This document shows positions 32,058 through 42,971 of a stretch of DNA of 64,000 nt, one piece after another. A model generated the notes under the pieces. It made no database searches and was not told where the DNA came from. It saw only the letters and a list, made by a program, of their open reading frames with translations. A program made the translations under genes and the position numbers. Source of the stretch: Escherichia coli 042 (GTDB taxonomy: Bacteria; Pseudomonadota; Gammaproteobacteria; Enterobacterales; Enterobacteriaceae); assembly GCF_000027125.1 (NCBI RefSeq), contig NC_017626.1; one strand, given 5' to 3'. Position 1 is the stretch's first letter. Each line of letters starts with the position of its first letter.

Positions 32058-32705
32058 TTAGCTAATTGAAACGCCTTTCACCCCTGCCATACCTTTTAAT
32101 AATCGCAACAGATCTTCTATCGACGTTGTGGCATGAAGCTGGATATCAATGGCGACCACTTCATGATCTTCATTTTCCTGCAACGAAACTAAATCAGTTT
32201 TTATTTTTTGCTGCTTAAACCAGTCGAGCATTGACACCGTATTACCGTTCACTAATGTCAGCTGTAAATGGTAATTTTTGTTCATCAGGCGGAAGGTTAA
32301 TTGATGGAAGACTTCCAGCACCAGTAAGGTCATCACTGAACCATAAATGCCCAGTTCGTACATACCGCTACCAATAACCATACCAATGGCGGCGGTCACC
32401 CAGATATCCGCTGCCGTCGTCAGACCTACAATATTTTGGTTACGAACGAGAATGTTACCTGCACCGATAAACCCGACGCCCGTCACCACCTGAGCAGCAA
32501 TACGGCTGGGGTCCAGTCCGACGTGATCTAAAGACAGCACGTCAGCAAAACCATATTTCGAAACAATCATAAACAGGGCGCTTCCCATGCCAATTAATAC
32601 ATGTGTGCGTAACCCTGCTCCTTTGCCGCGCATTTGCCTTTCCATGCCAATAGCGCCACAGGCAATTGCTGCGAGTATAAGACGTATAATAAATTCTGCT
32701 GTCAT
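32058..32705 (-). CDS. yhiD: MgtC-family inner membrane protein YhiD (215 aa)
   Basis: MgtC/SapB-type TM domain; start set at MTAEFIIRLILAAIACGAIGMERQ. Confidence 0.8.
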   Translation of the reverse strand: MTAEFIIRLILAAIACGAIGMERQMRGKGAGLRTHVLIGMGSALFMIVSKYGFADVLSLDHVGLDPSRIAAQVVTGVGFIGAGNILVRNQNIVGLTTAADIWVTAAIGMVIGSGMYELGIYGSVMTLLVLEVFHQLTFRLMNKNYHLQLTLVNGNTVSMLDWFKQQKIKTDLVSLQENEDHEVVAIDIQLHATTSIEDLLRLLKGMAGVKGVSIS

Positions 32706-32768
32706 ATAAAAATGCAAAAAGGAGCAGCAAGATGGCTCAACTTGCTACTCCTTTTTACTTGTACCTCA

Positions 32769-33095
32769 TTAATTCGGCAAGTCATTAGATGCTTGATTTT
32801 TGAAGGTATACAAATTTTTCTGCGGGTTTTTCTTGCAGTATTCGATCACTTTAGGAATTTGAGTGAGATCGGTTTCATTTAAAGTAACGGTATCGCCACC
32901 TTTATATACTGTTTCTTCATGCAGCATCCACCATGCAACCGGTGTCATGGCTTTTGGATTCAGATCAATAAATTCCTGGCAGGTCATATCTTTAGCGGAT
33001 TCATTGGCTGCCAGCGCAGATTGTGCGTTCACCAGTGACAAAGCCGCTACAGCGCCCATAAAAATAAACGCTTTACGGAGAGATGAAATATTCAT
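32769..33095 (-). CDS. hdeB: Periplasmic acid-stress chaperone HdeB (108 aa)
   Basis: Signal peptide and HdeB sequence (MNISSLRKAFIFMGAVAALSLVNAQSALA...). Confidence 0.85.
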   Translation of the reverse strand: MNISSLRKAFIFMGAVAALSLVNAQSALAANESAKDMTCQEFIDLNPKAMTPVAWWMLHEETVYKGGDTVTLNETDLTQIPKVIEYCKKNPQKNLYTFKNQASNDLPN

Positions 33096-33210
33096 TTTGT
33101 AACCCATTCAATATAGAGATTATATATGAACAGGAGGAATAGCTGCTTTTAAAGAAGATATTCCGGCCTGTTCAATATGCAAGGAAGTACGATGTAACGC
33201 ATTCCCGGAA

Positions 33211-33543
33211 TTACATATCTTTCTTAATTTTGTCCCATTCGCCTTTAACTTTATCTTTAAAGTTGGCTTGTTTATCCTGAGTACAAGCCTGAACGATAGC
33301 TGGGGTTACGGTTGCAATACCCTGAACATCTAAAACCGCATCTTCTGGTTTATCTTTGTTGTTCAGCGCTTCAGCAAAACCAACTGCAGTTGGCTGGAAG
33401 GATTCGTCCACAGCCAGGAAATCTTCACAGGTCCAGGAGTTGACCGGTTTTTTGTTATCAGCTGCTTTTTGCGCATCCGCTGCATTGCTCACAACTGGCA
33501 GAAGAAGCAGACCACCAAGAATAACGCCTAATACTTTTTTCAT
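33211..33543 (-). CDS. hdeA: Periplasmic acid-stress chaperone HdeA (110 aa)
   Basis: Signal peptide MKKVLGVILGGLLLLPVVSNA and the conserved Cys pair. Confidence 0.9.
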   Translation of the reverse strand: MKKVLGVILGGLLLLPVVSNAADAQKAADNKKPVNSWTCEDFLAVDESFQPTAVGFAEALNNKDKPEDAVLDVQGIATVTPAIVQACTQDKQANFKDKVKGEWDKIKKDM

Positions 33544-33797
33544 CGTAATATCCTCAACTATAAAGTGAAAGAGCCGTCACGAATCAATTTCGACACTGAG
33601 GTTATAACCTGGTTTTCTGTATATGTCATGTTGATGGAAAATATCAAAATCAGATATTTTTATTTCAATACAATGAGTTACAGATGCATCAGATACTGTA
33701 ATTAGGAAATTTTTATTAAATCGACTGCATTCTTAGACGCGTTTTTGGCATAGATTGATAGCAGGGGATTTTCTTCTTAATTTTATAGGGTGGTTCT

Positions 33798-34370
33798 ATG
33801 TTATATATAGATAAGGCAACAATTTTGAAGTTTGATCTGGAGATGCTGAAAAAGCATCGCAGAGCAATCCAGTTTATTGCCGTGTTGCTGTTTATCGTCG
33901 GGTTGCTGTGTATCAGTTTCCCGTTCGTCTCTGGCGATATTTTAAGCACGGTAGTGGGTGCATTATTAATATGCTCGGGCGTTGCGCTTATTGTTGGATT
34001 ATTCAGCAACCGCAGTCATAATTTCTGGCCGGTATTATCCGGTTTCCTCGTCGCAGTCGCCTATTTATTGATCGGCTATTTCTTCATCCGCGCACCGGAG
34101 CTGGGCATTTTTGCCATTGCGGCATTTATTGCCGGTTTGTTCTGTGTTGCAGGGGTTATTCGCCTGATGAGTTGGTATCGTCAGCGTTCAATGAAAGGCA
34201 GCTGGCTACAGCTCGTTATTGGTGTGCTGGATATCGTCATTGCCTGGATATTCCTTGGTGCAACGCCGATGGTGTCTGTAACTTTGGTTTCCACACTGGT
34301 GGGTATTGAACTGATATTTAGCGCCGCCAGCCTGTTCAGCTTCGCCAGTTTGTTCGTTAAGCAGCAATAA
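33798..34370 (+). CDS. hdeD: Acid-resistance membrane protein HdeD (190 aa)
   Basis: Six-TM small membrane protein, divergent from hdeAB. Confidence 0.85.
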   Translation: MLYIDKATILKFDLEMLKKHRRAIQFIAVLLFIVGLLCISFPFVSGDILSTVVGALLICSGVALIVGLFSNRSHNFWPVLSGFLVAVAYLLIGYFFIRAPELGIFAIAAFIAGLFCVAGVIRLMSWYRQRSMKGSWLQLVIGVLDIVIAWIFLGATPMVSVTLVSTLVGIELIFSAASLFSFASLFVKQQ

Positions 34371-35166
34371 TTATCCCAGTTGTCACCCGGATCATAGTCA
34401 CTTGATGTGACTATGATCCGATTAATACTCTCTCCGCTACACAGCGTTGTAGATCAATTGCGCACTATCATTGAAATAATTACCTGCTGATGATTATTTC
34501 AACCTACTGAATTTCATCTGATTTTTTCATTCCATGGCAAATTAGCCATTTCAAACATTATCATGGCTGATATTTTCCGTAGTCAGGTTTAATGTTTTAA
34601 AAGTGCTGTGGGAAAGTGAACAAAGAGTTCCGTAAGCGTTGATGCTATGGGCGGTTAAATAAGTAATCCGGGTTCATTTTTTGCAACAGGCGTTGATTAC
34701 ATTGCATAAATATCCGTGTCTCCAGACGCTATATAAAAACCTGAAGACATGAATGAGTTATTTACTCAGGTAATTTCAATGCGTTAAAAGAAAGCTGGCA
34801 ATCCAATTGCCAGCTTAAGTCGAAACAAGGAGACTCGATATTTAAATCGGATTACATTTTAACTTTAGTAATATTCTTCAGAGATCACAAACTGGTTATT
34901 GATAACTTATTCTTGGGCAGTAATCCGCAAACGTTAACTTTTTGTTTACTATTTACAAACTGTTAACAACCAGGAATCTTACTTAGGATCAATATATGGA
35001 GTGCGTGATGGATAAATCTGAAGTATTGATTAGTGTTAATAAACGTATTAGTTCACGAAGGGCAAAGTTCTTATAGGCGTTTACTATATTGAACAACGAT
35101 TCGGACAAGGATGTAAATAATGAAAAGGATGACATGTGCGAAACGATAACGGCTAAGGAGCAAGTT

Positions 35167-35694
35167 ATGATTTTTCTCATGACGAAAGATTCTTTTCTTT
35201 TACAGGGCTTTTGGCAGTTGAAAGATAATCACGAAATGATAAAAATCAATTCCCTGTCAGAGATCAAAAAAGTAGGCAATAAACCCTTCAAGGTTATCAT
35301 TGATACCTATCACAATCATATCCTTGATGAAGAAGCGATTAAATTTCTGGAGAAATTAGATGCCGAGAGAATTATTGTTTTGGCACCTTATCACATCAGT
35401 AAACTAAAAGCTAAAGCGCCTATTTATTTTGTCAGCCGCAAAGAAAGTATCAAAAATCTTCTTGAGATTACTTATGGTAAACACTTGCCCCATAAGAATT
35501 CACAATTATGTTTTTCACATAATCAGTTCAAAATTATGCAACTGATTCTGAAAAATAAAAATGAAAGCAATATCACGTCGACGCTCAATATTTCGCAACA
35601 AACATTAAAGATTCAGAAATTCAACATTATGTACAAGCTGAAACTAAGACGTATGAGCGACATCGTCACCCTGGGTATCACATCTTATTTTTAG
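35167..35694 (+). CDS. gadE: LuxR-family acid-resistance activator GadE (175 aa)
   Basis: Sequence MIFLMTKDSFLLQGFWQL... with C-terminal LuxR HTH; preceded by the ~800 bp regulatory region typical of gadE. Confidence 0.85.
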   Translation: MIFLMTKDSFLLQGFWQLKDNHEMIKINSLSEIKKVGNKPFKVIIDTYHNHILDEEAIKFLEKLDAERIIVLAPYHISKLKAKAPIYFVSRKESIKNLLEITYGKHLPHKNSQLCFSHNQFKIMQLILKNKNESNITSTLNISQQTLKIQKFNIMYKLKLRRMSDIVTLGITSYF

Positions 35695-36032
35695 TCAGGA
35701 CATAAGCAACTGAAATTGATGGCTGGCATGACGAGGGATGCAGATGCTGATTTCATTACCCCCGGTGATTACTAAAGGAGAGGCGAAAACGACTTTATTC
35801 CCCTGGTATGTGTATCCACCAGTAGAACCCTTCGTTGCCCGAATGCTGGCAGGAACTGTTGGCAGAACGGCAACATTTTTTTTGTCGTTGACCTCACCAT
35901 GTCGATCACTATGCCTGTATCCCACCTTACTGGCTGACAACCCCACTATGCCGCTGGTCTGTAAATCCCTCATATCTCTCCTCGCGCGCAATTTAAAGAA
36001 CCGTTATTTCTCAAGAATTTTCAGGGACTAAA

Positions 36033-37190
36033 ATGAACAGAAGAAGAAAGCTGTTAATACCGTTGTTATTCTGCGGCGCGATGCTCACCGCCTGCGATGA
36101 CAAATCGGCGGAAAACGCCGCCGCCATGACGCCTGAGGTCGGTGTCGTCACGCTCTCCCCCGGTTCGGTCAATGTGTTGAGCGAATTACCCGGTAGAACC
36201 GTTCCTTATGAAGTTGCCGAGATACGTCCCCAGGTGGGCGGTATTATCATTAAACGCAACTTTATCGAAGGCGATAAAGTGAACCAGGGCGATTCGCTGT
36301 ATCAGATTGATCCTGCACCTTTACAGGCCGAGCTGAACTCCGCCAAAGGCACGCTGGCGAAAGCGCTCTCTACCGCCAGCAATGCCCGCATCACCTTTAA
36401 CCGCCAGGCATCGTTGCTGAAGACCAACTACGTTAGCCGTCAGGATTACGACACCGCGCGCACCCAGTTGAATGAAGCAGAAGCCAATGTCACCGTCGCC
36501 AAAGCGGCTGTTGAACAGGCGACTATCAACCTGCAATACGCAAATGTCACCTCGCCGATTACGGGCGTCAGCGGGAAATCGTCGGTGACCGTCGGCGCAC
36601 TCGTTACCGCTAATCAGGCAGATTCGCTGGTTACCGTACAACGTCTGGACCCGATTTATGTCGATCTCACGCAGTCGGTGCAGGATTTCTTGCGTATGAA
36701 AGAAGAGGTCGCCAGTGGGCAAATCAAACAGGTTCAGGGCAGTACGCCAGTACAGCTCAATCTGGAAAATGGTAAACGTTACAGCCAGACCGGCACGCTG
36801 AAATTCTCCGACCCGACGGTGGATGAAACCACGGGCTCCGTGACGTTACGGGCGATTTTCCCCAACCCAAATGGTGACTTGCTGCCTGGCATGTATGTCA
36901 CGGCATTAGTGGATGAAGGTAGCCGCCAGAATGTATTACTGGTGCCGCAGGAAGGTGTCACCCACAACGCCCAGGGTAAAGCAACGGCGCTCATTCTGGA
37001 TAAAGACGATGTTGTGCAGCTACGCGAAATTGAAGCCAGCAAAGCCATCGGCGACCAGTGGGTCGTCACCTCTGGCTTACAGGCTGGCGATCGGGTGATT
37101 GTTTCCGGTTTGCAACGCATTCGTCCGGGTATCAAAGCACGAGCAATTTCCTCCAGCCAGGAAAACGCCAGCACCGAATCGAAACAATAA
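36033..37190 (+). CDS. mdtE: RND efflux membrane fusion lipoprotein MdtE (385 aa)
   Basis: Lipobox MLTAC; HlyD/AcrA-like coiled-coil and barrel domains. Confidence 0.9.
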   Translation: MNRRRKLLIPLLFCGAMLTACDDKSAENAAAMTPEVGVVTLSPGSVNVLSELPGRTVPYEVAEIRPQVGGIIIKRNFIEGDKVNQGDSLYQIDPAPLQAELNSAKGTLAKALSTASNARITFNRQASLLKTNYVSRQDYDTARTQLNEAEANVTVAKAAVEQATINLQYANVTSPITGVSGKSSVTVGALVTANQADSLVTVQRLDPIYVDLTQSVQDFLRMKEEVASGQIKQVQGSTPVQLNLENGKRYSQTGTLKFSDPTVDETTGSVTLRAIFPNPNGDLLPGMYVTALVDEGSRQNVLLVPQEGVTHNAQGKATALILDKDDVVQLREIEASKAIGDQWVVTSGLQAGDRVIVSGLQRIRPGIKARAISSSQENASTESKQ

Positions 37191-37214
37191 CGTTGCAGGC
37201 TTAAGGGGACTTTC

Positions 37215-40200
37215 ATGGCTAACTATTTTATTGATCGCCCGGTTTTTGCCTGGGTACTTGCCATTATTATGATGCTTGCAGGCGGTCTGGCGATCATGAA
37301 CTTACCGGTTGCGCAGTATCCGCAGATTGCGCCACCGACCATTACCATCAGCGCTACCTATCCAGGTGCCGATGCGCAAACGGTAGAAGACTCGGTCACT
37401 CAGGTGATTGAGCAAAATATGAATGGGCTTGATGGCCTGATGTACATGTCTTCAACCAGTGATGCGGCGGGTAATGCCTCTATTACTCTGACCTTCGAGA
37501 CTGGGACATCTCCTGATATCGCACAGGTTCAGGTGCAAAATAAACTGCAGCTCGCTATGCCTTCATTACCTGAAGCGGTGCAGCAGCAGGGGATTAGCGT
37601 CGATAAGTCGAGCAGTAATATCCTGATGGTAGCGGCGTTTATTTCTGATAACGGCAGCCTCAACCAGTACGATATCGCGGACTATGTAGCGTCTAATATC
37701 AAAGACCCGCTAAGCCGTACCGCGGGCGTTGGTAGCGTACAGCTCTTTGGTTCCGAGTACGCCATGCGTATCTGGCTGGACCCGCAAAAACTCAATAAAT
37801 ACAATCTGGTACCTTCCGATGTTATTTCCCAGATTAAGGTGCAGAACAACCAGATTTCTGGTGGGCAATTGGGTGGCATGCCACAGGCGGCAGACCAGCA
37901 GCTAAACGCCTCGATCATTGTGCAGACGCGTCTGCAAACGCCGGAAGAATTTGGCAAAATCCTGTTGAAAGTTCAGCAAGATGGTTCGCAAGTGCTGCTG
38001 CGTGATGTCGCCCGCGTCGAACTTGGAGCGGAAGATTATTCCACCGTGGCGCGCTATAACGGCAAACCTGCTGCCGGGATCGCCATCAAACTGGCTACCG
38101 GAGCAAACGCCCTGGATACCTCGCGGGCAGTCAAAGAGGAGCTGAACCGCTTATCAGCCTATTTCCCCGCAAGTCTGAAGACGGTTTATCCTTACGACAC
38201 CACGCCGTTTATCGAAATTTCTATTCAGGAAGTTTTTAAAACACTGGTTGAGGCTATCATCCTCGTCTTCCTGGTCATGTATCTGTTTTTGCAGAATTTC
38301 CGTGCCACAATCATCCCGACGATTGCCGTACCGGTGGTTATTCTCGGGACGTTTGCGATCTTGTCGGCGGTCGGTTTCACCATCAACACGTTAACTATGT
38401 TCGGGATGGTGCTGGCGATAGGGTTACTGGTGGATGACGCCATCGTGGTGGTGGAGAACGTCGAGCGTGTCATTGCGGAAGATAAGCTACCGCCGAAGGA
38501 AGCAACGCATAAATCGATGGGGCAGATCCAACGTGCGCTGGTCGGGATTGCCGTTGTTCTTTCCGCAGTGTTTATGCCGATGGCCTTTATGAGCGGTGCA
38601 ACCGGGGAGATCTACCGCCAGTTCTCCATCACGCTGATCTCCTCCATGCTGCTTTCAGTATTTGTGGCAATGAGCCTGACCCCTGCCCTGTGCGCCACCA
38701 TTCTGAAAGCCGCGCCGGAAGGCGGTCATAAACCTAACGCCCTGTTCGCACGCTTCAACACGCTGTTTGAAAAATCAACTCAGCACTATACCAATAGCAC
38801 CCGCTCGCTGTTGCGTTGTACCGGTCGCTACATGGTGGTCTACCTGCTGATTTGCGCCGGGATGGCGGTGCTGTTCCTGCGTACGCCGACCTCTTTCTTA
38901 CCAGAAGAGGATCAGGGGGTATTTATGACCACCGCGCAGTTACCTTCCGGTGCCACCATGGTTAACACCACGAAAGTGCTGCAACAGGTGACGGATTATT
39001 ATCTGACTAAAGAGAAAGATAATGTTCAGTCGGTGTTTACCGTTGGCGGCTTTGGCTTCAGCGGCCAGGGGCAAAACAACGGTCTGGCGTTTATCAGCCT
39101 CAAACCGTGGTCTGAACGTGTCGGTGAGGAAAACTCGGTTACCGCGATCATTCAGCGGGCAATGATTGCGTTAAGCAGTATCAATAAAGCCGTCGTCTTC
39201 CCGTTCAACTTACCCGCGGTGGCTGAACTGGGTACCGCGTCAGGTTTTGATATGGAACTGCTGGACAACGGCAACCTGGGGCACGAAAAACTGACCCAGG
39301 CGCGAAACGAGCTATTATCACTGGCAGCGCAATCACCGAATCAAGTCACCGGGGTACGTCCGAACGGACTGGAAGATACGCCGATGTTCAAAGTGAACGT
39401 CAACGCCGCGAAAGCTGAGGCAATGGGTGTGGCGCTGTCTGATATCAACCAGACAATTTCCACCGCCTTCGGCAGCAGCTACGTGAACGACTTCCTCAAC
39501 CAGGGGCGGGTGAAAAAAGTGTATGTCCAGGCAGGCACGCCGTTCCGTATGTTGCCGGATAACATCAACCAATGGTATGTACGCAACGCCTCTGGCACGA
39601 TGGCACCGCTTTCGGCCTATTCGTCTACCGAATGGACCTATGGTTCACCGCGACTGGAACGCTACAACGGCATCCCGTCAATGGAGATTTTAGGTGAAGC
39701 GGCGGCCGGGAAAAGTACCGGTGACGCCATGAAATTTATGGCAGACCTGGTCGCTAAACTTCCGGCAGGCGTCGGCTACTCATGGACCGGACTGTCGTAT
39801 CAGGAAGCGTTATCCTCAAATCAGGCTCCCGCGCTGTATGCCATTTCACTGGTCGTGGTGTTCCTCGCCCTCGCCGCACTTTATGAGAGCTGGTCAATTC
39901 CGTTCTCGGTGATGTTGGTTGTACCGTTAGGCGTCGTTGGCGCATTACTGGCCACCGATCTACGCGGCTTAAGTAATGACGTCTACTTCCAGGTTGGTTT
40001 GCTGACCACCATCGGGCTTTCCGCCAAAAACGCCATCCTGATTGTCGAATTTGCCGTTGAGATGATGCAGAAAGAAGGGAAAACGCCGATAGAGGCGATC
40101 ATCGAAGCGGCGCGAATGCGTTTACGCCCAATCCTGATGACCTCTCTGGCCTTTATTCTCGGCCTGCTGCCGCTGGTTATCAGTCATGGTGCCGGTTCTG

Positions 40201-40328
40201 GCGCGCAAAACGCGGTAGGTACCGGCGTGATGGGCGGGATGTTTGCCGCAACAGTGCTGGCAATTTACTTCGTTCCGGTCTTTTTCGTTGTAGTGGAACA
40301 TCTCTTTGCCCGCTTTAAAAAAGCGTAA
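37215..40328 (+). CDS. mdtF: RND multidrug efflux transporter MdtF (1037 aa)
   Basis: AcrB-family 12-TM protein with two large periplasmic loops. Confidence 0.9.
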   Translation: MANYFIDRPVFAWVLAIIMMLAGGLAIMNLPVAQYPQIAPPTITISATYPGADAQTVEDSVTQVIEQNMNGLDGLMYMSSTSDAAGNASITLTFETGTSPDIAQVQVQNKLQLAMPSLPEAVQQQGISVDKSSSNILMVAAFISDNGSLNQYDIADYVASNIKDPLSRTAGVGSVQLFGSEYAMRIWLDPQKLNKYNLVPSDVISQIKVQNNQISGGQLGGMPQAADQQLNASIIVQTRLQTPEEFGKILLKVQQDGSQVLLRDVARVELGAEDYSTVARYNGKPAAGIAIKLATGANALDTSRAVKEELNRLSAYFPASLKTVYPYDTTPFIEISIQEVFKTLVEAIILVFLVMYLFLQNFRATIIPTIAVPVVILGTFAILSAVGFTINTLTMFGMVLAIGLLVDDAIVVVENVERVIAEDKLPPKEATHKSMGQIQRALVGIAVVLSAVFMPMAFMSGATGEIYRQFSITLISSMLLSVFVAMSLTPALCATILKAAPEGGHKPNALFARFNTLFEKSTQHYTNSTRSLLRCTGRYMVVYLLICAGMAVLFLRTPTSFLPEEDQGVFMTTAQLPSGATMVNTTKVLQQVTDYYLTKEKDNVQSVFTVGGFGFSGQGQNNGLAFISLKPWSERVGEENSVTAIIQRAMIALSSINKAVVFPFNLPAVAELGTASGFDMELLDNGNLGHEKLTQARNELLSLAAQSPNQVTGVRPNGLEDTPMFKVNVNAAKAEAMGVALSDINQTISTAFGSSYVNDFLNQGRVKKVYVQAGTPFRMLPDNINQWYVRNASGTMAPLSAYSSTEWTYGSPRLERYNGIPSMEILGEAAAGKSTGDAMKFMADLVAKLPAGVGYSWTGLSYQEALSSNQAPALYAISLVVVFLALAALYESWSIPFSVMLVVPLGVVGALLATDLRGLSNDVYFQVGLLTTIGLSAKNAILIVEFAVEMMQKEGKTPIEAIIEAARMRLRPILMTSLAFILGLLPLVISHGAGSGAQNAVGTGVMGGMFAATVLAIYFVPVFFVVVEHLFARFKKA

Positions 40329-40338
40329 CGTGTAAATG

Positions 40339-40379
40339 AGAGTAAGGTTGAACGTGAGGGTTCAGCCTTACTCTTTCCT
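40339..40379 (+). terminator. Hairpin after mdtF (candidate terminator)
   Basis: gagtaaggttgaac / gttcagccttactc inverted repeat followed by tttcc. Confidence 0.45.
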
Positions 40380-40690
40380 GCCAACCATTCACCACTCAAC
40401 AACCAGCTAACCGTCAGGAATACCAGGCTTAGTACACAGCACTGAAAGTAGAAACCACTCCAGCCATTCGTCATCAATTTGAATAACACAATAGTGACCC
40501 ACATTCCCGTAATCGTATGAATTGTCAGCTTAATAATCCCAAACATGCCGAGTCTTTTCCTCCTGAAAATACCTATACCGCCTGGCAAACTGCGAAAGAG
40601 AACTAGCCGGTAGCCCGGCAGAAATCATCAGGGAAGAGTTTCACATGAAGCAGGTGTGAGATCCTGACCAATATTCAAATGCAAAATATG

Positions 40691-41419
40691 TCAGGAAAAG
40701 GTACCTGGCGAATGTTGCGCAAACTGATGTGGCGTTACACCATAATATTGTCGAAATGTGTTTATAAAGTACGATGTACTGCTATAGCCACATTTTTCCG
40801 CAATAGTATGCAGAGGAATTTGACGTAACTCGAGTAATCGTCTGGCCATCGACATCCTGGAGGCGAGTAATATTTTACTGAAACAGGTATTTTCATCCTG
40901 CAACTTTTTTTTGATTAGACTCTCGCTGGTATACATTCTTTCCGCGATATCGCGCAGATACCAACGTTTAGCGATATCAAAGCTAATAAGGCGTTCAACT
41001 TTTCCTGAAACAGTACTGATACTATTGAAAAGTAAGGGGATCAGTTCTTTCTTATGAGAAAACATCGATAAACAGGAAAGATAGAGCATTTTGCTCAGTA
41101 TCGGCGAATTTACCCCGGAGTCATTGAAACTATCAAAAATCGCCGTCACCAGCGGCATGGGGGGTGACTGGTTAATTAACAGACGGTCTTTGCTATGTAA
41201 CCCTAAATTGCGTGGTATCTGACGAATATTTTGTAAGTAATGGCAAACTGTCAGCTCATCGATATCCAGTCGTCGCGTATCCGGTGAACAAAACGCAAAA
41301 TCGTCTGCCAAATTTTTATCCAGTAACAGGATACTCTCGTTGTGCAACGATATTTTTTGCTGTTCATGATAAATATCGAATGAACGACGAACGAGGATCA
41401 CCGAGCAGACATGAGTCAT
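40691..41419 (-). CDS. gadW: AraC-family regulator GadW (242 aa)
   Basis: C-terminal AraC-type double HTH. Confidence 0.85.
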   Translation of the reverse strand: MTHVCSVILVRRSFDIYHEQQKISLHNESILLLDKNLADDFAFCSPDTRRLDIDELTVCHYLQNIRQIPRNLGLHSKDRLLINQSPPMPLVTAIFDSFNDSGVNSPILSKMLYLSCLSMFSHKKELIPLLFNSISTVSGKVERLISFDIAKRWYLRDIAERMYTSESLIKKKLQDENTCFSKILLASRMSMARRLLELRQIPLHTIAEKCGYSSTSYFINTFRQYYGVTPHQFAQHSPGTFS

Positions 41420-41665
41420 GACTATCCCTTATATTTCATTACTGCGATTATTTCAATTTCAGTATACTAATGAAATGATGCCAGACTGTTTCTTAGCGCA
41501 AAAACTGCCAGATTTGGTAGGACCAAAATTTATCCACAAAGTAGTTTTGCATAACAGTTAATTGATAATAAGTAAATGCAACACGAATATATTTTCGCAC
41601 AGCGTATAGCTTATGTTTATAAAAAAATGGCTGATCTTATTTCCAGTAAAAGTTATATTTAACTT

Positions 41666-41771
41666 ACTGAGAGCACAAAGTTTCCCGTGCCAACAGGGAG
41701 TGTTATAACGGTTTATTAGTCTGGAGACGGCAGACTATCCTCTTCCCGGTCCCCTATGCCGGGTTTTTTTT
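41666..41771 (+). ncRNA. gadY: GadY small RNA, antisense to the gadX 3' UTR
   Basis: Plus-strand segment starting actgagagcacaaag and ending in the terminator ccggtcccctatgccggg plus T8, between gadW and gadX. Confidence 0.65.
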
Positions 41772-41787
41772 ATGTCTGAGTAAAACT

Positions 41788-42612
41788 CTATAATCTTATT
41801 CCTTCCGCAGAACAGTCAGTGCCGTAAAAATTCCCTTGCGCAACAATACTTGCCGCCGAGTCACGGTTCGACAATCCCTGCGCCGATCGCTCCTGATACT
41901 CTGTGGGCGTCATCCCATAATAATTTCGAAAGACGTAAATGAAATACGACACGCTGTGATATCCACAGGACACTGCGACTCGCTTAATTGAAAAGCCATG
42001 TATAACAATAAGTTGCAAAGCATGTTGCATTCTACACTCAGTAAGCAACTGTGAATATGAAGTCTCTTCTTCGCGCAATTTTTTCTTTAACAGGCTTGGA
42101 CTCATCAACAGCTCGCTGGCGATTCGGGCTAGTGTCCACTCATGGGCGATATTATTATTGATAACCGTACAAACTCGTGTTCGCATGTTCGGTTGCAAAA
42201 CGTTCAGAAGTAGCGGTATAAACTGCTCATCCTCCAGAAAAACAGATAACAGCGCAAAGATTAATGCTCTTTTACGTAGCGTTTCTGCATAGCGAAGATT
42301 CTTATTCTGCGATAGTTGCGCAACTTCCTGAAAAACAGGAATATCTCTGGTACAGTGATGAACGAGTAATGAAGGAACTTTTTTATGTGCATGAAGTTTT
42401 AATGCCTCCTCCTTGAGCATCGGGAGAAATAATGAAAGCGTATCCCTTGAAACTAATATGAAATGTTCACCACACTTATCTACTCGAATTTGGCTTGCAT
42501 CCGCAAAAACCAGGTCACCGCCATTAAAATAGCGATATTCACCATTAACCATGGTGAGAATATATTTATGTCTTGCGTACGCAATTAGACAATTCCCATG
42601 TAGTGATTGCAT
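41788..42612 (-). CDS. gadX: AraC-family regulator GadX (274 aa)
   Basis: C-terminal AraC-type HTH; position upstream of gadA on the same strand. Confidence 0.85.
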   Translation of the reverse strand: MQSLHGNCLIAYARHKYILTMVNGEYRYFNGGDLVFADASQIRVDKCGEHFILVSRDTLSLFLPMLKEEALKLHAHKKVPSLLVHHCTRDIPVFQEVAQLSQNKNLRYAETLRKRALIFALLSVFLEDEQFIPLLLNVLQPNMRTRVCTVINNNIAHEWTLARIASELLMSPSLLKKKLREEETSYSQLLTECRMQHALQLIVIHGFSIKRVAVSCGYHSVSYFIYVFRNYYGMTPTEYQERSAQGLSNRDSAASIVAQGNFYGTDCSAEGIRL

Positions 42613-42971
42613 AGTTGGCTTAATATTACATAAACATATTACTGTTTATTAATGTAGCACGCCGCCCTCTTAAGTCAAATTGATTGATAAATAAATTTTA
42701 ACGAAGCGGGAAAACAGGATGATAATCTACGGGCAGGATGACTGGATTTATAATACAAAAGGCGCGCTTAAGAACGCAGTGAAATTAATAATAAGCAAAT
42801 AATACCTTGTAGTGACATGAAAAATATCCGTTACATTGAATAAACATTCATATAACATATATCTTATCAACACGATGAATAGACAGCCAATATATTATTG
42901 CGATTAATAAGCAACCGAATGCCCAACTGTTTTTTAAAGGTTGGGCATTCGGTTTTTACAACGTTATGTTA

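Noticed and set aside
35695-36031. Two overlapping ~98-aa ORFs between gadE and mdtE
   Set aside because: They overlap each other on opposite strands with no RBS; this interval is the gadE-mdtE intergenic region.
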